In this document: piece after piece, positions 29,649 to 37,191 of the stretch
How the letters are laid out: every line of letters starts with the position of its first letter
Numbering within the stretch: position 1 is the first letter of the stretch
Origin: Thermodesulfovibrionales bacterium
Lineage (GTDB): Bacteria; Nitrospirota; Thermodesulfovibrionia; Thermodesulfovibrionales; UBA6898
DNA length: 59,574 bases
Direction: 5' to 3'
Assembly (NCBI GenBank): GCA_044450345.1
Contig: JBIOIY010000011.1
Coordinates: forward strand, 1-59,574
Translations under genes and position numbers: made by a program
Notes under the pieces: generated by a model
Told to the model about the DNA's origin: nothing
The model's input: only the letters and a program-made list of their open reading frames with translations
The model's database searches: none

Positions 29649-32258
29649 ATGTGTAATGAATTCCTTTTTTACGGTAGAAAAGACAGGGTACTGACGGACA
29701 TCGTCATAACTGTATTGCTATTGTGCGGTCTCATGCTTTTCACAGGCATACCGGTGTCCGCACAGGACCAGGAAATTCCTGTAATGGCCCCCCTAAACCC
29801 CAAATTCGTCGATTATATGAACTTGAAGAGCGTTCCACGCTTAAGCATTCCAAACGTTACCTCTGACGGATACGCCCTCGGCTATATACCCTCTCCCCTT
29901 GACCTTTCCCACCTTGCAGGGCAGTCCATCTTTCCGGCAGATTCTCTCAGAGCCACTTCTATGGAAGCTCCGCTGCAAGCTCTGCCGGCGAGTTATGACC
30001 TCCGCCCGGGCAATGTGACTGCTGTGAGAAACCAGGGACAATGTGGCGACTGTTGGGCATTCGCAACAATGGGCTCTGCGGAGTCCAATCTCCTTATGTC
30101 GGTAGGGGAGACATGGAACTTCTCCGAATACAACCTCAATATGAACCATGGATTTGTTTGGCTACCATGCGAAGGCGGAAACGGGGACATGTCGACCGCA
30201 TATTTTGCACGCTGGGGAGCTCCGGACTATCAAAGCGGGCCTATCAATGAGATCGACGATCCTTATCATCCGCAAGCCACTCCTCCGCCGGGCTATACGC
30301 CGCCGGTCTCGCCAACTCTGCGAAAACATCTGCAGGAGGTCATTATAGTGCCGCCAAGGACCGGCTATTCAGATAACGATAACCTAAAGAATGCAGTAAT
30401 GACCTATGGAGGCGTCATGACGTCCTATTATGCATCCTCAAGCTACTTTCCTATGGGCTGCCCCACAGGCACCTGTACGACGTATTATTATTCCGGGGGC
30501 AGTTTTGCCGATCACGCGGTAACGATAGTGGGCTGGGACGACAATTTCCCTTCAAGCAGCTTTTCTCCAGCTGCCGCTCACAACGGGGCCTTTATAATCA
30601 AAAACAGCTGGGGAACAGGATGGGGTGACGGCGGGTATTTTTATATATCTTATGACGACTCGCAATTGGGCAAGGAGAGTAACTATGTATTTAACGGGGC
30701 CCAGCCAACGACCAACTATACGCATATATATCAGTATGATCCTCTCGGCTGGACGAGCGGCCTTGGCTACGGAAGCACAACAGGATGGTTTGCAAATATT
30801 TTTACGGCAGCCGCGAGCGAGCAGCTGACTGCGATGAGTTTTTATGTCGCATCGCCCAGTTCCCCATATGAGATATACGTTTATTCAAATGTCTCTGCCG
30901 GGGACCCAAGAAGCGGCTCGCTCGGCTCTACAAACACAGGCACGATGGCAACGCCTGGTTATCATACGATTACCCTAACCTCTCCTGTCTCTGTTACGGC
31001 CGGCCAGAGCTTCTCTGTTGTGGTAAAACTCACGACGCCGGGCTACAACTGGCCTATCCCAATGGAGTACCCTTGGAGCGGCTATAGTACAGGCGCCACT
31101 GCCGGCGCCGGGCAGAGTTTCATAAGCAGTAGTGGCACAAGTTGGTCAGACATAACAACACTTCCAAATGATCCAAATTATTCAAACACAAACGTCTGCA
31201 TCAAGGCGTTTGCTGGGAATGACATAACCCCTCCGACGGACGGGACACTTACGGCAACGGCAGGCAATGGGCAGGTTTCTTTGAGTTGGACCGCTGCATC
31301 AGACAGCGGCGGTCTTAACCCAACGAATACGTATAAGGTCGTAAGAAGTACAGTGGGAACCCCGTCCACCCAGTGCGCAAGCGGAACACAGGTCTTTAGC
31401 GGGAGTGCTGCCTCAAAGACCGATACAGGACTCACAAACGGGACGACTTATTATTATCGCGTTTGCGCCTATGACAATGCCGGCAATCTTTCTATTGGCG
31501 CTACTGCCAATACTACTCTTCCCGTTCGTATTACAGTTACCACTTCCCCTTCGGGCTTGCATTTTAAGTTGGATGGGAGTGATGCTGCGCCGCAGACGTA
31601 TGTCTGGAGTCCGGGCGAAGGCCACACGATCGCGGCATTGCCATCCACTCAGAGCGGAGCCACAGGGACTCAATATGTCTATTCCTCGTGGAGCGACGGC
31701 GGCGGCCAGAGCCATTCTATTGCGCCGGCAGCCGACGGAACTTATACGGCAAACTTTACGACACAGTATGAGCTAACTGTGCCTGCGTCGACTGGTGGTG
31801 TTGTAAGTCAAAATTGCTCTTCGGGCTGCTGGTATAATTCAGGTACATCGGCAGGGTTGTTGGCCAACCCGAACAACGGCTATATATTCGGTTCATGGGG
31901 CGGGAACTGTTCAGGGTCGAATCCCTCGACGACAGTCCTTATTAACGGAGTAAAGAACTGTACTGCCAGCTTCGTATCCTGTGTAATTAATCCGACAAAG
32001 GATATAAGCAGCGGCACATTATATCCTACGGTTGGGGGCCTTACTGGCGCCTATGCTGATGCCCTGGACCCGGATACCATCCGGCTTCTTGCAACGAATC
32101 TGTCCGAGACGTTGGATCTCAATCGCCCTATCGCGGTCTCCCTGAGCGGCGGATGGAACTGCGGGTTCGTGACCCAGACTTCATACTCGATCATTCAAGG
32201 GTTGACTATCGGCAATAACTCGTTAGCGGTCACCGCAGAGAACCTCATAATATACTAG
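29649..32258 (+). CDS. Secreted papain-family (C1A) cysteine peptidase with lectin-like, FN3 and repeat domains
   Basis: NQGQCGDCWAF, HAVTIVGWDD and KNSWG catalytic motifs; YQYDPLG lectin-like start; FN3 (YYYRVCAYD). Start uncertain. Confidence 0.9.
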   Translation: MCNEFLFYGRKDRVLTDIVITVLLLCGLMLFTGIPVSAQDQEIPVMAPLNPKFVDYMNLKSVPRLSIPNVTSDGYALGYIPSPLDLSHLAGQSIFPADSLRATSMEAPLQALPASYDLRPGNVTAVRNQGQCGDCWAFATMGSAESNLLMSVGETWNFSEYNLNMNHGFVWLPCEGGNGDMSTAYFARWGAPDYQSGPINEIDDPYHPQATPPPGYTPPVSPTLRKHLQEVIIVPPRTGYSDNDNLKNAVMTYGGVMTSYYASSSYFPMGCPTGTCTTYYYSGGSFADHAVTIVGWDDNFPSSSFSPAAAHNGAFIIKNSWGTGWGDGGYFYISYDDSQLGKESNYVFNGAQPTTNYTHIYQYDPLGWTSGLGYGSTTGWFANIFTAAASEQLTAMSFYVASPSSPYEIYVYSNVSAGDPRSGSLGSTNTGTMATPGYHTITLTSPVSVTAGQSFSVVVKLTTPGYNWPIPMEYPWSGYSTGATAGAGQSFISSSGTSWSDITTLPNDPNYSNTNVCIKAFAGNDITPPTDGTLTATAGNGQVSLSWTAASDSGGLNPTNTYKVVRSTVGTPSTQCASGTQVFSGSAASKTDTGLTNGTTYYYRVCAYDNAGNLSIGATANTTLPVRITVTTSPSGLHFKLDGSDAAPQTYVWSPGEGHTIAALPSTQSGATGTQYVYSSWSDGGGQSHSIAPAADGTYTANFTTQYELTVPASTGGVVSQNCSSGCWYNSGTSAGLLANPNNGYIFGSWGGNCSGSNPSTTVLINGVKNCTASFVSCVINPTKDISSGTLYPTVGGLTGAYADALDPDTIRLLATNLSETLDLNRPIAVSLSGGWNCGFVTQTSYSIIQGLTIGNNSLAVTAENLIIY

Positions 32259-32400
32259 TCTGAAGTTTCCTGAGTTTTCAGCCGTATTCGAACCGGATAC
32301 CGTCGTAATAGAGGGGGCATCCCTGTCAGCGAAGGGACTGTAATTTTTGACCGCATCTCGATACAATAAATCCTTACAAAATACTTTCGTGCCCCTCTTC

Positions 32401-33129
32401 TTACCTCGCGGGTATTTCTAGTTTAGACCCCTTGACTACCGAAAACGCATTGAGGTGCCCGGTATTGCCGTCGTCCATGAATAACACATGGATGTGCCAC
32501 GGTTCGCCAGGATAGTCGAATTCGCTCTGCAGTTCAGCAGGATAAAAGCCCAGAAGAATAACCGGCGCCTCGTCCCTGTACCCGACGAGTTTTCTCAAAA
32601 AAAGCTGGTTGCTTTTCCTTGCCATGTCGGTATCAGCCCCATCCAGAACGTCCCATACCAATTTTCTAATTTTGCCTTCAATCAGGAAAGGGAACGGTGC
32701 CTTTATATTCAGCCCGGACTTTCTCGCCTGGTCAAGAACAAAAGCGTAAAGCTCATTTTCGGACATATCGGCGGGGACGGCAATAGTCTGCCACTTTTCA
32801 ACATTTGCAATGATGAGGAGAGACGCTTTTTCCCATTTCTTTATCTGGTTGCTGGTCTTATTGATGCCGTCTTTTCCGTAATTCACCCAAGCTTCGCCGT
32901 CAAGGACCATAATTTCTCCCTCTGCATTCTTGAGGATACCCAATGCATATACGTGGGGACTGGACAGCGCCCGGTCCAGTTCGACAACACCCTCCACATA
33001 GTTCTCCTGGATCATTTTTTTGAAATTGCCGTAATAGCGCACAATCACTGATGGGGGCCCGGCGTCCTTTGAAGCTGCAAAGACCGCAACCGGAAGGAGA
33101 AGCAGTATCGTCAGAAAAATACGTTTCAT
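32401..33129 (-). CDS. Exported protein with acetolactate-decarboxylase-like fold
   Basis: Signal peptide; G.L...GEI...DG, PFPFLIEG, WHIH...GH metal-binding pattern. Confidence 0.55.
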   Translation of the reverse strand: MKRIFLTILLLLPVAVFAASKDAGPPSVIVRYYGNFKKMIQENYVEGVVELDRALSSPHVYALGILKNAEGEIMVLDGEAWVNYGKDGINKTSNQIKKWEKASLLIIANVEKWQTIAVPADMSENELYAFVLDQARKSGLNIKAPFPFLIEGKIRKLVWDVLDGADTDMARKSNQLFLRKLVGYRDEAPVILLGFYPAELQSEFDYPGEPWHIHVLFMDDGNTGHLNAFSVVKGSKLEIPAR

Positions 33130-33328
33130 GGGAAGTTTGGAAATTGTATCAAAAACAATTCATATTCACAATGCGGGAGTGTCATCATAACAGCGGGTGC
33201 TTCCGGAATTTTCGCAGGACACGTGAAAAAGAAAGGAGAGAAAGGTTCATACGGGGCATTGTTCATTTTTTCTTTGCGCCTTTGCGCGAAAATCCGGGCA
33301 GTGTCTCTGTATTCCATGTTCGTTGGAT

Positions 33329-33526
33329 CTAGCCGCAAGACACGGACTTTCCCTTAAGCCATGCCGGGACCTTAATCCCTTTTTTTTCGAAGCGGGCCGC
33401 CAGTTTCCCTCTCACGGAGGGTGAGGTCCCGCCTCAAAGCAGCCGCCTGTAGGACATTCTAAAATAGATCATCGCGTAGAGATAGGCGACGATAAAAATG
33501 AAAACGATGAGGGCCATGATCTTCAC
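33329..33526 (-). CDS. Candidate small membrane selenoprotein (65 aa with read-through; 30 aa if UGA is a stop)
   Basis: GTG start 5 nt after TG-N-TATAGT; MKIMALIVFIFIVAYLYAMIYFRMSYRRLL-UGA-GGTSPSVRGKLAARFEKKGIKVPAWLKGKSVSCG*; SECIS-like hairpin follows the UGA. Confidence 0.55.
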
Positions 33527-33575
33527 GATTTACTATACCATACATCAAGTTTCTTGAAAACCAGGATCAATGTTC

Positions 33576-33618
33576 AAAAAAAAGCCCCGGGGGGGGCCGG
33601 GGCATTAAGGAGGGGCTA
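33576..33618 (-). ncRNA. Candidate ~43-nt sRNA with anti-SD seed and terminator
   Basis: -10 TAAAAT at 33630-33625; transcript would read AGCCCCUCCUUAAU-GCCCCGG-CCCCCC-CCGGGGC-U8. Confidence 0.45.
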
Positions 33619-33640
33619 TTAAATATTTTACCGTCAGATT

Positions 33641-33677
33641 ATTAAAGGACGATTAACATTTGATTAAAAAAAATTAA
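33641..33677 (-). promoter_or_regulatory. Four TTAAT direct repeats with about 11-bp period (OmpR/PhoB-type box)
   Basis: ATTAA on the plus strand at 33641, 33652, 33663 and 33673, occupying the -35 region of the sRNA promoter. Confidence 0.5.
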
Positions 33678-33772
33678 GAAAAGCCTTTCTTCTTGAGTCA
33701 ACAACCGGACATTTCTCAATTGGTAACAATAGGACTTTCTCACTCGGCGTATTGTTTCCCCGTTCAAAAAAG

Positions 33773-33803
33773 TTGACAATGGTTCTCATTACATGGTTAA
33801 CTA
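33773..33803 (+). promoter_or_regulatory. Promoter with overlapping Fur-like box
   Basis: TTGACA at 33773; GACAATGGTTCTCATTACA (33775-33793) matches GATAATGATAATCATTATC at 13/19 positions. Confidence 0.5.
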
Positions 33804-33975
33804 TATGACAACAATTATTCAAATCTTCCAAAAGTCAAACCGGCGCATCAAGCTTTTTCCATCTGATCTGGCTAACCGTTGCGATATCGAATAGTGACTT
33901 GAAAAGCGGGCGAATTTTTTCAGCGCAGCCACCCGCCGGTAATTTTTTTTGGAGCATGTTTTTCAGGAGGTGAAT

Positions 33976-34623
33976 ATGGTAAACGGCAAGATGAAGGAAT
34001 GGAGTACTGTGGCATATAACCTGGCGTTGTCATTGCCTTATTTCCTTGCAGGATTCGTCGTGATTTTCGGTCTCGTGCTGGTAAATACGGCAATATCGCC
34101 GGCTAAACCTGCGGATGCCGATTATCCGGCGTCCCGCAGCCGCAATGACGCCGGGGTGAAAGAAACGACAAACCAGGCTGTCCTTCAGTGGATGAAAGAG
34201 AACTCCGAAATGCCCGAGCAGGTCCTTTCGAAAATCTACAGCGTCGCGGTGAGCAGCGTCAACCCGGACCTCGTCCTCGCCATCTGTCTTGTGGAGTCCA
34301 ACTTCGACCCTCGCGTGGAAAGCGAAAAAGGCGCGATAGGACTGATGGGCATAATGCCGGACGTCTGGATGGAAGAACTGAAGGCGCATGGCATCGTGAG
34401 AGCGCAGGAAGACCTCTATACGATATCGAGCAACATAAACGCAGGCATGTACGTACTCGAGAGGTATTTGTCGAGAACGAACAATCTCAGGGAGGCCCTC
34501 AGCCGCTATGCGGGCAGGGACCCCGGGTATGCGACGAAGGTTTTGCGTATGCTCGGGGAAGTCTCGCGGGCGCGGCGTTCGGAGGTGCAAACCCATCTTG
34601 CCTCGTTAAGAACAAACGGGTGA
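33976..34623 (+). CDS. Membrane-anchored lytic transglycosylase (SLT domain)
   Basis: AGGAGGTG RBS; VESNF catalytic Glu, GAIGLMGI, NINAG..VL, AL..Y.G. Confidence 0.88.
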   Translation: MVNGKMKEWSTVAYNLALSLPYFLAGFVVIFGLVLVNTAISPAKPADADYPASRSRNDAGVKETTNQAVLQWMKENSEMPEQVLSKIYSVAVSSVNPDLVLAICLVESNFDPRVESEKGAIGLMGIMPDVWMEELKAHGIVRAQEDLYTISSNINAGMYVLERYLSRTNNLREALSRYAGRDPGYATKVLRMLGEVSRARRSEVQTHLASLRTNG

Positions 34624-34745
34624 AGGAGTTGTGAACAATCGCATCGATCGGCGGGTAATTGCACTTCCGGGAAAGACAGACCACGCATGCATTTTTGAAA
34701 AACTGCAGCTCTGCCGGTATAATATCCACCGGAGAAATTCCATTG

Positions 34746-35039
34746 ATGCCAAAGAGAGACCAGAAGCGGATCGTCGAGAATTTTAAATTGCGTCAGGAGC
34801 GTCAGCTCCTCGCCATAGCGGTAGCGCTGCTGCTTATAGTGTTACTTGCCATGATACACCACCGGTCCGACCTCTTCGGAAACGTATCGAAGAGCGCCGC
34901 CTTTGCGATGCAGGCCTTGGTCATCGCGGCGTTCATAGGCTTCACCTCTGCCAACTGGAGATGCCCGTCATGTAATAAATATCTTGGCAGCAATATTTAC
35001 AAACGCGGCTGCAGAAAGTGCGGGACCAGGTTTCAATAG
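34746..35039 (+). CDS. Small two-TM protein with C-terminal zinc ribbon
   Basis: Two hydrophobic helices; NWRCPSC...CRKCG. Confidence 0.75.
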   Translation: MPKRDQKRIVENFKLRQERQLLAIAVALLLIVLLAMIHHRSDLFGNVSKSAAFAMQALVIAAFIGFTSANWRCPSCNKYLGSNIYKRGCRKCGTRFQ

Positions 35040-35112
35040 CGGGGACCGCCCTTAAGTCCCCGGATTCTACCGGCTACTTCTATTAATTCTCCTGCTTTGA
35101 TAGAATGGTAGT

Positions 35113-35550
35113 ATGATGGCTTCAGCGAATATGTATAGGCGGCTCAGCGTCGTCCCTTTCTCCGTAGTTGTCCTCGGTTTCATACTGTTGGCAACCGGGT
35201 GCGGCGGATCGGGTACCGGTGAACCCCGGGCGTCGGGCTTTCTCAAAGGTACCGTCACCATCGGCCCTCTTTGTCCCGTCGAGCCCTGTACTATTTCTCC
35301 CGAACAGTTGGCCGCCGTTTATGCGGCAAGGAAGGTAATCGTCTATACCCCGGACAGGACCCTGGTAGTGAAGGAACTCAGCCTGGACCAAAACAACGGA
35401 GGGTACAGTGTCGAATTGGAGGCAGGCCAGTATACCGTCGACATTAATCATATAGGCATCGACAGGAGCCCTGATGTCCCGAAGACGGTGACCATTGACC
35501 CTGGACAGACAGTGACACTAGATATAGCGATCGATACAGGGATCAGGTAA
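35113..35550 (+). CDS. Lipoprotein with transthyretin/carboxypeptidase-regulatory-like domain
   Basis: ATGC lipobox; GTVTIGPLCPVE, G.YTV, IDTGIR. Confidence 0.75.
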   Translation: MMASANMYRRLSVVPFSVVVLGFILLATGCGGSGTGEPRASGFLKGTVTIGPLCPVEPCTISPEQLAAVYAARKVIVYTPDRTLVVKELSLDQNNGGYSVELEAGQYTVDINHIGIDRSPDVPKTVTIDPGQTVTLDIAIDTGIR

Positions 35551-35583
35551 TGCCGCAATCTTGAAATAATCCCTCTGAAAATT

Positions 35584-36093
35584 TCAGCGCCGGTGAAACC
35601 ATAAGACGCAGGACATCCGGTTCAACTTATCTCGCGTGTATCCTGCACTGTTCCTCGATGAGCCCCTGAAGTTCATCCGGTGACGGGAGAGGATCCGGCA
35701 GGCCTTGAAAATAGACGCGACAAGGGCTGTAACCCCACACCTGATTATTTCCTCTGCAACCGACTCAGGGACATTCTCTATCAGCAGAAGGTCCGTATAC
35801 CACGACTCCTGTGTCGGGGCGATGCCCGCACAGTCCCTCCCCCGAATAAACCTGGGCCTCGCCCCTTTTTCGAGTGCCAAACTGCTGATCGCGTTTCTCG
35901 TATTCTGAAGGCCCCTCATCGAGGGACTTACGGCCAGCCCGTGCCGCCCTCTCGTCAACGGGGCAAACCGGTCCAGATTGACCCCCGAACAACAGATCAG
36001 GACATCCGGTCCCCTGTGTGCATCAGGCTGTACAATAAAATAGAAAAAGTCGTTTACGAATTTATATGTCCTGCGTTTATCCAAGCGCTGCAT
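35584..36093 (-). CDS. Hypothetical protein, possibly frameshifted near the C-terminus
   Basis: Protein-like from ATG 36093; a more natural tail (PLPSPDELQGLIEEQCRIHAR*) lies in another frame ending at 35627. Confidence 0.55.
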   Translation of the reverse strand: MQRLDKRRTYKFVNDFFYFIVQPDAHRGPDVLICCSGVNLDRFAPLTRGRHGLAVSPSMRGLQNTRNAISSLALEKGARPRFIRGRDCAGIAPTQESWYTDLLLIENVPESVAEEIIRCGVTALVASIFKACRILSRHRMNFRGSSRNSAGYTRDKLNRMSCVLWFHRR

Positions 36094-36144
36094 CCGCCAA
36101 TCCGCACATTCGGTATTATACAATTAAAGCAAACGCGAACAGCT

Positions 36145-36573
36145 TTATGTGCCCTTCTTAGTTATTTTCTCTTTCATCTTTGAATCGAATTTATCTTTCT
36201 TGATTATAAACCGTTCGTGTTTTCCCTTCGAGATCAGTTCTACGCCGTCGTGTGCCTCTACTTCGAATAATAACCGCCGTCCATCAACCTCGATTAGTTT
36301 TACTTTTGCAGTTACTTCAAAACCCGGCGGAGTTGCAGCTATATGACTCACGTCAATATGTGTGCCGACAGTCTGTTCACTTGGCCAGTCAAGATAAGGG
36401 TTTATCGCCTTAATGCACGCCCATTCCAGAAAACCCACCATGAACCCGGTTGCAAAAACTTCCGGCATCTCCTGAAATTCTACCGACTCCGGATATAATG
36501 CCGGAACGGTTTTCGACTCTGGAATATGAAACTTAAATTCCGATTCAATTCCGGGTTTTAATGTGTCTTTCAT
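36145..36573 (-). CDS. Hotdog-fold thioesterase (FlK-like)
   Basis: VFATGFMVGFLEWAC, TVGT.IDVSH.AATPPG, G.HER. Confidence 0.9.
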   Translation of the reverse strand: MKDTLKPGIESEFKFHIPESKTVPALYPESVEFQEMPEVFATGFMVGFLEWACIKAINPYLDWPSEQTVGTHIDVSHIAATPPGFEVTAKVKLIEVDGRRLLFEVEAHDGVELISKGKHERFIIKKDKFDSKMKEKITKKGT

Positions 36574-36741
36574 ACAGACATGAACTCCCTCCCTTACGTT
36601 ACTATTCTCCCCGTCGGTCAGCAGTTATTTTATACCTTTCCGCTACGATCAGTGTCAAGAAAAAACTGGCTATTCCCGGTTGAACTCCGAACAAGAATAA
36701 TAAAGACGAGGGCAGATCGTGAAATCATCGCATGACGGGCT

Positions 36742-36770
36742 TTGATAAGTCGCGGGAAAAGTACTATTAT
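36742..36770 (+). promoter_or_regulatory. Sigma70 promoter
   Basis: TTGATA-17 bp-TATTAT upstream of AGGAGGTG RBS. Confidence 0.55.
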
Positions 36771-36787
36771 AAATCAGGAGGTGCAGA

Positions 36788-37132
36788 GTGTCGGTAATCG
36801 AATATTCAGGGATAAAGATCAATCTGGATGATGAGGGCTATCTCGTAAATTACGAGGACTGGAATGAAACAGTCGCTCGTGCCCTGGCCGAAAGAGAAGG
36901 CGCAGGGGAATTGACCAGCGACAAGATGGACATCCTGAAATTCATGCGCAATTACTATAAAGAATACAATTTTTTCCCCATCCTGCGCTTCGTGTGCAAG
37001 AACGTCGGCCAGCCGAGGGACTGTGTGACCGAAAAGTTTATAGAACCGGTCATCGCCTGGAAGATTGCGGGGCTCCCGAACCCCGGGGACGAAGTGAACA
37101 TGTTTGGAAAATGGGAACCACTCGGCTTCTGA
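36788..37132 (+). CDS. TusE/DsrC/DsvC-family protein lacking the canonical C-terminal cysteines in the stop-terminated form
   Basis: LDDEGYL...DWNE.VA..LA, FMRNYY, KIAGLP.P. Confidence 0.88.
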   Translation: MSVIEYSGIKINLDDEGYLVNYEDWNETVARALAEREGAGELTSDKMDILKFMRNYYKEYNFFPILRFVCKNVGQPRDCVTEKFIEPVIAWKIAGLPNPGDEVNMFGKWEPLGF

Positions 37133-37191
37133 ACCGGCTGCACGTGATCGTTACCGCTTATCGGACCGTTTTTAAATGCTGGACGCTCCTG

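Noticed and set aside
33380..33440. Hairpin as a rho-independent terminator
   Set aside because: The T-run precedes the stem on the plus strand and reads as an A-run after it on the minus strand; wrong polarity both ways.
33810..33950. c-di-AMP or c-di-GMP riboswitch before the transglycosylase
   Set aside because: Only fragments (GCTAACC, CAAACC) resemble the consensus; the core conserved motifs are missing.
36788..37132. Calling this gene a bona fide dsrC and inferring sulfate reduction
   Set aside because: It lacks the C-x10-C terminal motif and no dsr genes are in the window.
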